The notes below the pieces were generated by a model. The model saw only the letters and a list, made by a program, of their open reading frames with translations, made no database searches and was not told where the DNA came from. Of a DNA stretch of 64,000 nucleotides, positions 26,201-39,338 are shown one piece after another (within the stretch, counting starts at the first letter, position 1; every line of letters starts with the position of its first letter). Origin of the DNA: Phaeosaccion multiseriatum (lineage: Eukaryota; Protista; Ochrophyta, other classes). Made by a program: the position numbers and the translations under genes. The DNA is taken from positions 1,488,001 through 1,552,000 of the forward strand of contig OZ218951.1 of NCBI GenBank assembly GCA_965112735.1, written 5' to 3'.

Positions 26201-29200
26201 AAGTCTCTCTCCGAAAGTCAGCACCGAAGGCTCGAACACCACTGCCCCACTGCTGCTGTGGCCCACCACTGTGAGGTGCAGCACCTGCTCCTGTTGGGCA
26301 TACTGCGCCTCCCCCACTTGGCGACCGTCCTTGAGCCCTGCAGGAGGGGGGCCGGCGATGCTGCGGACAGTCACTTTGATCTGTTTAGGGTTGGGGTCGG
26401 TTGGTTGGGGAGTTTTTTTTGGGGGGGGGGGCGGGAGAAGGAGAGGGGTGGGAAGAGGGGACGGGGGGGGGCGGAGGGTCAGACGTAGACACACACACGC
26501 GCACATATACACACCCTCTCTGACACGTTGGTACTCTCTCCCTCTCCCTCTCCCTCTCCCCCTCCCTCTCCCTCTCCCTCTCCCTCTCCCTCTCCCTCTC
26601 CCTCTCCCTCTCCCTCTCCCTCTCCCTCTCCCTCTCCCTCTCCCTCTCCCTCTCCCTCTCCCTCTCCCTCTCCCTCTCCCTCTCCCTCTCCGTCCCTCCC
26701 CCTCTCCCTCTCCCTCTGTCTCTCTCTATCTCTGCCTCTCTCTCCCTCTCCCTCTCCCTCTCCCTCTCCCTCTCCCTCTCCCTCTCCCTCTCCGTCCCTC
26801 CCCCTCTCCCTCTCCCTCTGTCTCTCTCTATCTCTGCCTCTCTCTCCCTCTCCCTCTCCCTCTCCCTCTCCCTCTCCCTCTCCCTCTCCCTCTCCCTCTC
26901 CCTCCCCCTCTCGCTCCCCCTCTCGCTCTCTCACCCGGAAGCGGTAGGTGGTGGTCTCTCTCGGGGCGAAGGAGAGAGTCATGATCGCACTCTCATTGCC
27001 CAGCAAGGTGCCCGCACAGGGGGATAGGGAGAACACCCCGGACTGCGCCACGGAGGCGGGCAGGGACACCTGTCGGAAGGGATTATCATGTCAGTGAATG
27101 ATGCCAGTGGAGTGTTGTAAGTCAGTGATTTCGTGGGGGTACATGGTCGTAAAGGAACTACAAGGTAGTAGGGAGATTTGGGGGGGGGGGGAAGGCAGTG
27201 GTACCACACACACACATACACACACACACACACACACACAGACACACACAGACACGCACCTTGTACACAAGAGGCACGCGCGAGTCGTTGCGGAGCGTCA
27301 CCTCGCGGCTGCTGGACACGCCCACACACGTCGGCTTCAGGAACAGCTGCTGTTGCTCCTGTACCACCAACTGCTGCTGCTGCTGCTGCTCGAAAGCGCT
27401 TGTGCCTGCTCCTGCTCGTGCCACTGCTGTATCACCAACGGCTGTGGCTGGGGCTGGGGCTGTGGCGTCACAGATGGAGCCCAAGACGAGCTTCGGTCGG
27501 CATCCGAGGCCCATTAAGACGACTTCGAGGGTGGTGTGGTCGTTGTTGTTGAGCGTGCATTGGAGGCGGTGTTGATAAGCACGTGCGTCTTGGGGGAGGA
27601 AGCGGAGCGCCAGGAGCTGGAAATCACCTGTGGGGGTACATGTGGAGTACGGGATGGAAGGGGGGAGGGTCGTGGGTGTGTGGGTGTGTGGGTGTAAGGG
27701 TGTGTGGGTGTGTGGGTGTGTGTGTGGGGGTGGGTGTGGGTGTGTGGGTGTGTGGGTGTGTGGGTGTGTGGGTGTGTGGGTGCGTGGGTGTGTGGGTGTG
27801 GGTGGGGGTGGGTGGGACGGAGAGGAGGGGGGGGAAGAGGGGAGGGAGGGATGGAGGGTTAAAGACAGAGGGATGAACTGGCTTTTCGATGTCATATGTG
27901 TGGTGTGAGGTGTGAAGGACCAGGTGGCAGGTCTGAAGGGCCAGGTGGCAGGTATCAGATCTGAAGTGGCAGGAATCAGGTATCAGGTGTCAGCCTCAGA
28001 TGTAAGGTATCAGGTATCAGGTGTGAGGTATCAGGTATCAGGTGTGAGGTATCAGGTGTCAGGTGTCAGGTGTCAGGTATCAGGTGTGAGGTGTGAGGTA
28101 TCAGGTATTACGTGTGAGGTATCAGGTATCAGGTGTCAGGTATCAGGTGTGAGGTGTGAGGTGTGAGGTGTGAGGTTTCAGGTGTGAGGTGTGAGGTGTG
28201 AGGTGTCAGGAGTGTCAGGTGTGAGGTGTGAGGTATCAGGTATCAGATGTCAGGTGTGAGGTGTCAGGTATCAGATGTCAGGTGTGAGGTATCAGGTGTC
28301 AGGTGTCAGGTGTGAGGTATCAGGTATCAGGTATCAGGTGTGAGGTGTGAGGTGTCAGGTATCAGGTGTTAGGTGTGAGGTGTGAGGTGTCAGGTATCAG
28401 GTGTCAGGTGTCAGCTGTGAGGTGTCAGGTGTCAGGTGTTATAACTCGATGTATTGCTCACCTGCAGGGATGAGGCCAATGTTTGGCTTGATTTGGAACA
28501 CTCCGGAGGGGTCGGCCTCGAAGCGGAAAAAGGCCGGGATGTTGCCGGAGTTGTTCAGCCGGATGGTCTGAGGATGGCAGTCAATGGGAAGGGGTTGAAG
28601 TGTGAGCGTCATCAGTTTGTCAATTTTCTGCAGTGTGGGTGTCAGTTTGTCAGTCCGTCCAGTCAGTCGGTCGGAGTGTCAATGTGGGCTGGTATCGGTG
28701 TGTTTAACGTACCTGATACACCACATCTCCCACGTGGGCAGGAGGAAAGGTGAGTCTCCCCTTGTGCTGGCCCGACGAAGTGCTGAGGCTGCAGCGGGCG
28801 AGGAATTGGCCCGCTCCGAAGCTGTGGCCTGTCACTTTGAGCACAGAACACCAGGGGGGGGTCAGGCTCGTGTCCTGAGGGGGGGGGGGGAGGGGGAGAG
28901 GGGGAGAGGGGGGGAGGGGGGGAGGGGGGGAGGGGGGGAGGGGAAGGGGTGGTAGCGTTAGGGGAAGCAAAGACAGGCAGATGGTAGCAGATGGTAACAG
29001 ATGGCAGGAGGTGGAGGGGGCACGCTGTGATGTGCGAACGCGCCGCTGGACGATAGGATGAGAGGAGAGGAGGGATGAAATGACGTGAAGGTTACGCATG
29101 ATGGTACACTACGTAATGTTACGTACCGTGGTGAGTCGGAAGGATCTCTGATTCTTGAAGAAGACGAAGGCCTCGAGCTCCTGCAGGAAGTACGCATTCT

Positions 29201-32200
29201 CCCGCTGGGGGGCGAAGGTCACCTGTTGGGCAGTTTCAGTGTCAGTTTCACTTGCCGTCAATTATTTTTGACTCTTAATCACCAACTCATCACTAACTTT
29301 TGGCAATGAATGGTTGTGAATCAATGTCAATCAATCAAGCAGCTCTCACCTCAAACTCGGCCCTCCCCCCGTGGGGCGCAATGTCCACCGTCTTTGGCGA
29401 GATGGTGAAGTCGAGGCCTCGAAGGCGACTCGTACCACCACCAGCAATGGCGGTGGAGGTAGTGGCGGGGTCGCTGAAGCTGCTCCCTTGGGCCTGCCAG
29501 ATGACCTGGACCTTGGCGGTGGTGTTATTGGTGAGGGAGAAGGTGCGCGTGCTGCCGCCCCTCCCCGAGGAGGAGGCGGAGGAGGGGGTGGAGGGGGTGT
29601 AACCAAAGTCCATCACACTGTTTGGGGGGATGGCAGTGGATGGGAAGAGGGGGGGGGATGGCAGTGGATGGGTGGTTGGGGGTAGAGTTTAGCACAGAGG
29701 CATCCCCCCCATCTTTCCTTCACTCATTCACTCGCTCACTCACTCACCCACTCACCCACTCACCCACTCACTCAATCACTTACTCCTCACCCCTCACCCC
29801 TCTCCCTCTCACCTGTCGCTGGCTACCACCTCCAAATCGTCATCTGTGGGTTGGATGAAGAACTCGCGTGCCACCGCTGCCTGATTCCGAGTGGTGTCTC
29901 CCGAGCGTGTCAAGGGCCTTGCAATGTCTTTGGGCTGCTGGCGGAGGGGTTGGGTCCCCATGGCACCCACTCGAGCGAACAGATTGGGCTCACTCGAGGA
30001 CGTTTGAAGTGTTCCAAGCTCATCCGGAGACACCCTGTTGTGTGTGTGTGTGTGTGTGTTATATGTGTACGTGTACGTGTGTGTGTAGAGAGGGTGACAG
30101 AGACTAAGCCTCATTTGCAAACTTACCTCCTCCCTCTCCTACTCCTTCCCCCCCCCGTCATCCTCCTTCTTCCTTCCTTCCTTCCTTCCTTCCTCCCTCC
30201 CTCCCTCCCTCCCTCCCTCCCTCCCTCCCTCCCTCCCTCCCTCCCTCCCTCCCTCCCTCCCTCCCTCCCTCCCTCCCTCCCTCCCTCCCTCCCTCCCTCC
30301 CTCCCTCCCTCCCTCCCTCCCTCCCTCCCTCCCTCCCTCCCTCCCTCCCTCCCTCCCCCTACCTGCCGAGCCCGATGGCCTGTCTGTTGCGAAACGCCTG
30401 GACATGCGCATGCCTCAGCGGCGCCGGCCTCTGCTCCTTCACGTCCCCATGCGCAGGGGTGAACCCCGTGCCCAACAGATCCAACAACAATGGCAGTTGG
30501 TGCTCCACGTGCACAAACACGCGTCGGTAGTAATTGCATGGCTCACCGGGGCGGAACTCGAGTGTGATTTGAGCCTCTCCGGGGTGGCCGGTGCCTGGGG
30601 AGGGAGGGAGGGAGGGAGGGAGGGAGGGAGGGAGGGAGGGAGGGAGGGAGGGAGGGAGGGAGGGAGGGAGGGAGGGAGGGAGGGAGGGAGGGAGGGAGGG
30701 AGGGAGGGAGGGAGGGAGGGAGGGAGGGAGGGAGAAAGAGAGGGAGGGAGGGATGGAGGGAGTGAGGGACGGGGGTCGGGGGCACGAGAGGCAAGACTAT
30801 GCTGTCGCAACTCTATCAATAGTAACACCGACAGCCACACCAACCGCAACACCAACAGCCCCAAGAGGAACAAAAGAAACAACGACAGCTCATCCATACG
30901 CACCCACAACCACCCACAGCCACCCACGTACCCACCCACCCACCAACCCACCCATCCACCCACCCATCCACCCACCCATCGACCCACCCATCCCCCAATC
31001 CACCTACCCACACCCATTGACATACTACTCACCTGCCGAGGCGATGATGCCCCGTGTGTGACTGAAGGCGAAGACGCTGTCTCCCTTCTCCACCTCCACG
31101 CAGTAAGCAGCGGGCATGTGTGCCTCGTTACGCAGATACACTACTCTCGTGGCCACCCCTCCCGACGAGCCTTTGTGGGCGCACTCCACGTCGCGGAAGT
31201 TCACGCTGTCGGGGATGCCCATGCCTGGGGGGTTGGGTTGAGTTGGGTTGGGTTGGGTTGGGTTGGGTTGGGTTGGGTTGGGTTGGGTTGAGTTGGGTTG
31301 GGTTGGGTTGGGTTGGGTTGGGTTGGGTTGGGTTGGGTTGGGTTGGGTTGGGTTGGGTTGGGTTGGGTTGGGTTGGGTTGGGTTGGGTTGGGTTGGGTTG
31401 GGTTGGGTTGGGTTGGGTTGGGTTGGGTTGGGTTGGGTTGGGTTGGGTTGGGTTGGGTTGGGTTGGGTTGGGTTGGGTTGGGTTGGGTTGGGTTGGGTTG
31501 GGTTGGGTTGGGTTGGGTTGGGTTGGGTTGGGTTGGGTTGGGTTGGGTTGGGTTGGGTTGGGTTGGGTTGGGTTGGGTTGGGTTGGGTTGGGTTGGGTTG
31601 GGTTGGGTTGGGTTGGGTTGGGTTGGGTTGGGTTGGGTTGGGTTGGGTTGGGTTGGGTTGGGTTGGGTTGGGTTGGGTTGGGTTGGGTTGGGTTGGGTTG
31701 GGTTGGGTTGGGTTGGGTTGGGTTGGGTTGGGTCGGGTTGGGTTGGGTTGGGTTGGGTTGGGTTATGGTGGGTTGTGTTTCATGGGGTTAGGGAGGGGGG
31801 TGGAGGCAAGGAAGAGAGGGGAGGGGAGAGGAGAAGGGTGGAGGAAGGTTTGGGTCAAGGAGGAGGAGGGGGAAGTTGCATGTCATCCACTGCCACCTGT
31901 GCCTTGTTTGCCTTTTGTGCTCCTCACCTTGGGCGAAGGGGTCTTCCTTCTTCTCCAAGTACACATGAGGGCCGACGGCTCTGCCGCTCAGAGTCACCAC
32001 GATGCGATTGCCTATTGGGGGGAGGGAGGGAGGGAGGGAGGGGGGGAGGGAGGGGGGGGGGAAGGAAGGCGGGCGGAGTTAGCAACAGTCAATCGCTCTG
32101 CCCTCCACGACTTTCCTCACAGCCGTACACGCAAGAACACACAACAACCGAAACCCGCCGTCAATTCTCGTCCCTCCGAAGCCCCCTGGGCCACTCACTC

Positions 32201-32678
32201 ACTCACCGCCAACTGTGACAATTTCGTAGTGCTCACTGCTGAAGGTGCCCGCCGCCAAGGGACGAAAGGTCACCTTGATCTCTCTCTCGTCCTCGGGTCC
32301 CACTACCCCTTGGGCGGGGGACACGTCAAAGACGGGGTCGCAGTCTTGCTCGAGGCGGTGAGTGGAGAAGGAGGCAGGCACCACCGAGAGGTTGCGGAGG
32401 ACGAAGGTCTGTAGGCAGGCGGGGGGGATGGGGGGTAGGGGCGGGAGTGGTGTTGGGTACTGTGTTGCAGGTGTTCAGGTAAAGGTAAGTTCACGCAAGA
32501 GCAAAGAGGGATGAAAGGTGGAAAGCGAAGGAAAGCAAAGCAAAACCAAGGCAAAGCAAAGCAAAGCAAAGCAAGAGGAAAGGAGAGGAGGGGACAGCAC
32601 ACGCCCTCTCTCATTCCCACTCCCATGCACACACACGCACACACACACACACACACACACGCACACACACACACACAC

Positions 32679-32759
<81 letters not shown>

Positions 32760-33585
32760 CACACACACCAAACCTCAACCTCACCTTGACGATATTCTCC
32801 TGCAGGGGGCAGTCGACCAATACCCTCCCAAAGTCAATCCTCTCTACACTTGCGGTGATGTGACAGTACTTGCCAATGGCACTCAGGCTCATCTCTAGCA
32901 TCGGCTTGGGCTTGATTGCATTCACGCCGTCGCCAACGGTGAGTATGGCCTGACTCACGTACACGGAGGCATCTGTAGGCCTCAGGGTGCAAGATATGGC
33001 AACGGACGAGCGGACGGGCACCTCGCCGGCCATGGGGCTCAGAGCAAACGGTCGGGCCACTTCCCACCTAAGAGGGGAGGGAAGTGGAGTTGACATGGAA
33101 ACGAAAGGGAAAAGGGAGGGAAGTGACCTTCTCAATATCGAACACCACAAAATACACTTCTCTGCCTACTCCGATCGAAAAGCACGGTAAGAGGCAAAAG
33201 CAATCTCTACCCGTACCTAAAGGGGGCAGGCACCTGCCCGATGTTCTTGATGTGAAACACTCTCTCCGACGTATCGGAGGCCGGACAGAAACCGAGGTCC
33301 ACTCCGGAGGGGATGGAGCACTGCAGGGTGGACAGGAGCGCTTTGACGGGCACATGAAAGCCGCCTGAGGGAGGGAGGGAGGGAGGGAGGGAGGGAGGGA
33401 GGGAGGGAGCACACCACACACGACATGACACACGACATGACACACGGGTTTGGGGTGGTGCAGTATGGGTCCCGAGTATGACAGCGAGTCAGAGCAGGGT
33501 TCAGAAAGGGGAGGAGAAGCAAGGACAGGGGCGGCAGTGGGGCATTTCATCCCCACGACCACCACGACCATCGTCATCATCATCA

Positions 33586-33649
<64 letters not shown>

Positions 33650-34290
33650 CCCTCTCATCATCATCATCTTCTTCATCATCATTATCATTTTCACTCACAC
33701 ACAACACCACCACTCCTCTCCAAGAGCGCAAACAACATTTCCTCAGAGCTTGCTTTGGGGCTTGGGGCTTGGGGGCCCGGCCCGGAATGGCAAAGCGGCA
33801 GACTTGCAAACTTACCACTGTTGGGCCCGTCCTGCATCTTAAAGTAGATGGTGTCGTTGTACACATTGTCCTTCACGGGGCGAAACACAACTTCCACCTC
33901 GCGCATGGTGCCCGGGGGCAATGTAAAGACCTCAGGATAGGCCAGGTTGAAGTATCGCGTCTTGGGGATGCGGTACTTAAGCTTACGGAGCTGCGCAGAC
34001 ACGTTCTTGACGATTAGCTTCTGTGTGTACTCGCCCCCCGCGACCCACTCCCCTCCCTTGAAGAGAATGCCGTCGCCATAGGGACCCACGCAGTCCACGC
34101 CGAAGATCCTGTTGCGGTCCTCCCTGCTGAGTATCACTCCACCGTCGCCAGTTCGGCTGTACGAGAAGTCTCCCCCTTCTGTTCCTCCTCCTCCTCCTCC
34201 TGCTCTTCCTCCTCCTCTTTCTCCTTCCCCTCCCCGCCCCCCTCCGTCTTCTTGTCTAGGCATGGTGCGCTCTGGATCTGTAGACGACAT
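19210..34290 (-). CDS. CFAP65: Cilia- and flagella-associated protein 65 (CCDC108 family, ASH/Ig-like repeats). 21 introns: 33815-33365, 33216-33068, 32784-32409, 32206-32012, 31927-31225, 31032-30595, 30362-30035, 29812-29618, 29349-29224, 29126-28875, 28692-28568, 28461-27628, 27259-27070, 26934-26381, 26129-25838, 25662-25438, 24675-24379, 23326-23025, 22868-22541, 22416-22106, 21917-21728
   Basis: N-terminal [24 protein letters not shown]...[15 protein letters not shown] and internal [13 protein letters not shown] / [10 protein letters not shown] segments resemble CFAP65. All exon joins are in frame with GT-AG. Confidence 0.85.
26535..26905 (-). repeat. (GAGAGG)n hexamer array in the 5' part of CFAP65 intron 26934-26381
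   Basis: (CTCTCC)n on the + strand. Confidence 0.93.
27905..28439 (-). repeat. Variable heptamer minisatellite (ACCTGAC/ACCTCAC/ACCTGAT on the sense strand) in CFAP65 intron 28461-27628
   Basis: + strand reads caggtat/caggtgt/gaggtgt units. Confidence 0.92.
31230..31764 (-). repeat. (CCCAA)n pentamer array abutting the acceptor of CFAP65 intron 31927-31225 [(TTGGG)n on +]
   Basis: About 105 near-perfect units. Confidence 0.97.
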
Positions 34291-34617
34291 GGCTCCGTCG
34301 TAGAGAGCACGCTGTCACACTTCTCAGGTGCGGTCCTCTGGCAGCTCAGTGTCGCATTTGGACTGTCGTTTCAGGCTGAACAGCGTAGCTGTTGCTCTCT
34401 TTCACGCCTTCCCCTCCTCACTGGTGCCTCCTCTCCCTCTCTTGTGTCAGCCGCCACCCTCCCTGCACAGGCCGAGCAGCAGAGCAATTAGAGAGAACGG
34501 AGGGAAACCAAATGTAACGGTGAGTGGTGAAGTATCCCCAATCCTATGGGCCACGATCCTGCTGAACAGTCTGCAAAATTGATACGTGTTGTATTCGAGA
34601 ATCGAAGGGACGCAACC
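34291..34617. promoter_or_regulatory. Putative bidirectional promoter between CFAP65 and LOG
   Basis: Divergent ATGs with 327 bp between them; no specific motif identified. Confidence 0.5.
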
Positions 34618-37600
34618 ATGGCGGAGAAGAAGAAGTACACGCCCACTACAAAGGCCTATCGTAACGACGAGTTCCTGGCCAGCGACGACGCTCGCCTCAT
34701 CCGCATCATCTGCGAATATGAGGTAGGTTGCGCCAATATCAGATCTCGAGCATGAAAGTAAACTGCTTTCTTTCTTTCAAGGCCAGCTCGAACCAAGAAG
34801 ACGGAGGAGGCTGTGTAACTGGGAGGAGGGAGCGGGAATGGGAATGCTTGTGCTTTACTCGTACAGGGGCGTAGACACAACCCCCCTGCGGAAGAATAAA
34901 TCTGTCTGACTTACCGATGTGATCAAAGGAGGAAGAGGGGTGCATGCTGTGAGAAACCCTTCGCATACCGCGGATTTCCCTCCTTCCTCTACGTGCCAAT
35001 GCACTGCAAAGACCCATCCCACTCGACGACCCTATTGTCCAGCGCCTTTCTGTTCTTCCTTCATCCTCTCCTTCTTTCTTCCCGTTTCACTGTCTCGTGT
35101 CATATTGCTTCACAGGAGACCCAACGCCGCCTCCGCCACAACGACATTCGGGCCACCATCCTTGTGTTTGGGAGCGCGCGGGCCAAGAATCAAGCCCAGT
35201 GGGACCAGGTGCGCGGCTGTACATTCTTTTCGTCGTCCAAATGAAGGGAAAGAGGGCCATTCTCACCCGCGCTTCCCTTTTGCCTCTCTCTGCATAAGCC
35301 TCTCTAACACACACTCAATCGCCCCATCCCCGGCCCATTGGCCGATTTCCTCTTGTCCTCCTCGTCCTGCTGCTGCTGCCCGCCACCCCTTCTCTCCTCT
35401 CCTCTCCCCCCGTCCTTGCAATACACTACAAAGGCGATGGAAGAGGCCAAGGCCCAAATGGCAGAGGCGGAGGGGGAGGGGCAGGACAGCGAAGCCTACA
35501 AGAAGGCCAAGCGGAATCTCACTAGGGTGGAGAAAACGGCGTGGATGGGAGAGATGCACGACAAGGTGAGCATACCATTCCTATCTCTCTGTCTTTCTCT
35601 CTCTTCTCTCTCAATCTGAACCTCCCTCCCCTCTCCTTTCTCTCTCTCTACCCCTCATGTCTCCTCCCACCACCCAACCCCTTGCCGTATCCTCTCTCCA
35701 TCCCCCTCCATCCCCCCCCCCCCCCACACGCAACACCCAAACAACACCCCAACAACAGATCGGCGAGCTGTCCCGGCTTCTGACGGAATGGGCCGTGAGC
35801 CCCGAGTGCACCATTGGCGGAGACCACACCATCTCCGGCGTCACCCGTTACCACAGCGCAAACCTCAGCAAGTTCCAGAGCATCAAGGTTTGTTAAAAGT
35901 TGCCGTTGCAGTCTGTTTTGAATACCATACTAGTACATGATTCAAGAGATAGATTACTCTAGGTTATGTACATGCATTTCCTTTTGGTGCCATCTTTATT
36001 ATCCAGGTTTTGCAACCGCAAAGTAACTGCTTCGATAACCCCACCCCACCCCCCCTCTCCGTTCTCCATCCGTCGTGATCTCATGTCATATGTCATATCA
36101 ATCTTCCTGACCCAAAAGGTATCCAAGAACCAATCCATGACGGCGCTGGACCAGCTGGGGAACAACGCGGAGGTACCGATAAAGCGATCAAGTAGCAGCA
36201 GCAGCTCTGAGGAGGAGGTGGAGGTGCAGCAGGGCATTTACATTTGCACGGGGGGAGGGCCTGGCTTCATGGAGGCCGCCAACAGGGTAGGAAGGAGAGA
36301 GAGAGAGGGAGGATGAAAGAGAAAGGGGGAGGGTGAGAGAGAAGGGAGGTAGGAGCGCGGCTGAGAAAGGGGGGGGGGGGGTGGGAGAAGAGAGAGGAGA
36401 GGAGGGGCCCACCACATCCCATCTCCTCCAATCTATCTGTGGCACTTTCACGTCTTTCGCCTCACTTACAAACGCATCGTTGTTCCCTCTCCCTGCCTCC
36501 CTATCCCACCCCTCTCTCCTCCTCCCACCCCTCTCTCCTCCTCCTTCCCCTCCCTCCCTCCCCCACCCCTCCTCCTCCTCCTCCTCCTCCTCCCCCTCAC
36601 TCAGGGCGCGGACAAGGTGGCTGGGGCGAAGAACATCGGCATGGGCATATCTTTGCCCTTCGAGGACGGCCTCAACGAGCATGTAACCAACAGTCTAGCC
36701 TTCTCCTTCCATTACTTCTTCACCAGGAAGGTGCGTGGGTGCGTGGAGCAGGCCTTCCTTCCTGCGTGTATGCCTGTCTGCCGTGCCCATATGCCGGCCC
36801 ATGCGATTGCCGGCCTGCCTCTCTGCCCATTCGCTGGCTGCCTGCCTGCCTGACATCTCTCTCCCTCCCCTCCCTCCCTCCCTCCCCCCCTCCCCCGCCC
36901 TGCCAGTTCTGGATGGTGTACCACTGCCAGGCGCTCATCGTGGCCCCCGGCGGGTTCGGTACTTTGGACGAGCTCTTTGAGGTGCTGACCCTCAAGCAAA
37001 CGGGGAAGGTGCGTGCCTTAACGTGTGTGTCGATGATGGTACCCATCTTCCTCGATCGAGTGGGTGGGGCCTCACTTGCTTCCCACCTACCTACCCACCT
37101 ACCTACCTACCTACCCACCTACCTACCCACCTACCTACCTACCCACCTACCTACCTACCCACCTACCTACCTACCCACCTACCTACCCACCTACCTGCCT
37201 ACCCACCCACCTACCTACCCACCTACCTACCTACCCACCTACCTACCCACCTACCTACCCACCTACCTACCCACCTACCTACCTACCCACCTACCTACCT
37301 ACCCACCTACCTACCTACCCACCTACCTGCCCACCTACCTACCCACCCACCTACCTACCCACCTACCTACCTACCCACCTACCCACCTACCTACCCACCT
37401 ACCTACCCACCTACCTGCCCACCTACCTACCCACCTACCTACCCACCTACCTACCTACCCATCCATTTTCCGACCCCTCGCCACCCCCCCTCCTGCACCT
37501 CACCCTCTCCCCGCTCCTGCTGCTGCATCTGCTGCCATCGGGCTGCCTGCTACCCCATGTACAGATCCAAAAGGACCTTCCGGTTGTGCTCTTCGGCAAG

Positions 37601-37987
37601 GCCTATTGGGATCAGATCTTGAACTGGCAGGTGAGTTCAAGTGAGCCCAAATGGGCCTCTCATTATATGCCACCCCCAAACACCCCTACATGGGGTCCCC
37701 AACAAGCCTCGCATCCTTCTTCCTCTCCCCACTTGCCTTGCTTGCCTTTCCCGTTGCGCGTGCTCCTTACTCTACCCGTTTTTCTGCTTTGCTTGTGTGT
37801 GTCTCTCTCTCCCCATCCACTGCCATCCTTCCCCCCGTCCCCCGTCCAGGCGATGGTTGACTTCGGCACGGTGGCCCAAGAAGACGTAGATGCCCTCTTC
37901 ACCACAGACTCGGCCGAGGATGCCGCTGAATACCTCAAGCAGCAGCTCAGCAACAACAATGACCACGCCAACCAGAAGGACACATAG
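34618..37987 (+). CDS. LOG: LOG-family (lysine decarboxylase-like / nucleotide phosphoribohydrolase) protein. Exons: 34618-34722, 35116-35208, 35434-35565, 35759-35887, 36119-36286, 36605-36730, 36907-37008, 37565-37630, 37850-37987
   Basis: Motifs [61 protein letters not shown]. Confidence 0.92.
37082..37460 (+). repeat. (CCTA/CCCA)n tetranucleotide array in LOG intron 37009-37564
   Basis: Seen directly. Confidence 0.95.
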
Positions 37988-38021
37988 CCGGGGGGACAGG
38001 GATGGGGCTGTGCGTGCGTGC

Positions 38022-38070
<49 letters not shown>

Positions 38071-39338
38071 CGTGGCATAGAGAGGAGGTGGAGCAATCGC
38101 TTTCTTGTCTTGTCTCGAGAGCCCAGCATCGGTCAGGCCGCTGGGCAGGCTCTAAACCTTTTACTCTTCGGTAGCTCTGCTCTGGGCGATGGAACTCCGA
38201 ATGAATGGCAAGGTTCTGGGGCTGCAAGTGGGATTCAGCAGTGTCAGGGCACCACCACCACCACCACCACCACCACCACCACCACCACCACCACTACCAC
38301 CACCACCACCACTACCACCACCACCACCACCACCACTACCACCACCACCACCACCACCACCACCACCACCACCACTACCACCACCACCACAACCACCACC
38401 ACCAGCACCACCAGCAGCAGCTTGTGATGGAGGAGCAGCAGCAGAACAGAGGCAGCGGAGGCTTACCTCGTCTGTTTGGGACATGTTGAGCCATAGCCAG
38501 CCGACCATCCCGCTTGGACGAGGACCACGAGGACCACGCCAACACCACAAGAAGCCCCCAGCCCAGAGCACCAACCCTTCCACTCATCTCTCCAAGGCCC
38601 GCTAGGTGTGGGTGGGCGTGCAATGTGCTCCACCAAGTGTTCGACAAGGGGGCCTTGCGTCCTTCCTAACCTTCGAAGTACACTTCGCTGGAGCGGCTAA
38701 CGGGTGGGTGGGTGTGCGGGCGGGCGGGTGGGTGGGGTGACAAAGGGTAGGGGAGAGGACGAGGACGAGACTTACTGCTTGGCAATTGATGGGGGCCAGC
38801 GGAAGGAACGGAGAGACACAAGACTCGATGCCAAGAGTCAGTCGCATGAATGACGTCAGTCCCCCCGGGGAAGCAAGAGGAAGAGGTTGGCCCTGCATTG
38901 AGCGATGCGGCTGTTGCGTGCATGTATGTATATATGGGCTTTGGGTTGGAAAGGGGGGTTGGAGTGGTGGGGAGGCCCAACGGCCCCACAACAGAGAGCT
39001 CTTGCCGCCTTTCGTTTATAAATATGAAAAGCCCATTTATATTTCGTTTATAGTATGAAAAGCCCATTATATATTACTACAGCATGACACGTCATCACAT
39101 CACAGGACAAATCGTGCACTGCCGCCGCTGCTGCTGCTGCTTCTGCTTTTACCCAAGGGTACCGTAAAGTAGACATGTTTACTTGAAGTGCCCTTGTTTT
39201 ACTTCCGCAGTTGTTGCTGTTACTTGAAGTGCCCTTGTTTTACTTCCGCAGTTGTTGCTGTCGCCCTCCACGCCTCCTTAGTTTCGTCCTTGCGAGTCGT
39301 CAAGCCAAGCCGATTTCCGAGTCGCCGCACTCAAGGAC

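Noticed and set aside
27905-28439. Possible CRISPR-like array
   Set aside because: 7-bp units with no unique spacers, in a eukaryotic intron, and no cas genes.
31120-32414. WVGLG repeat ORFs / possible telomere
   Set aside because: The array lies inside a CFAP65 intron with in-frame exons on both sides, so it is not a chromosome end and not coding.
38161-39070. Poly-Pro/His/Thr ORFs and splice-like sites between LOG and NECAP
   Set aside because: (CAC)n low complexity with no recognisable domain; probably convergent 3' UTRs.
39177-39260. About 41-bp direct duplication (also about 64 bp at 47921-48056 and 21 bp at 62127-62169)
   Set aside because: Simple local tandem duplications with nothing between the copies; no transposon signature.
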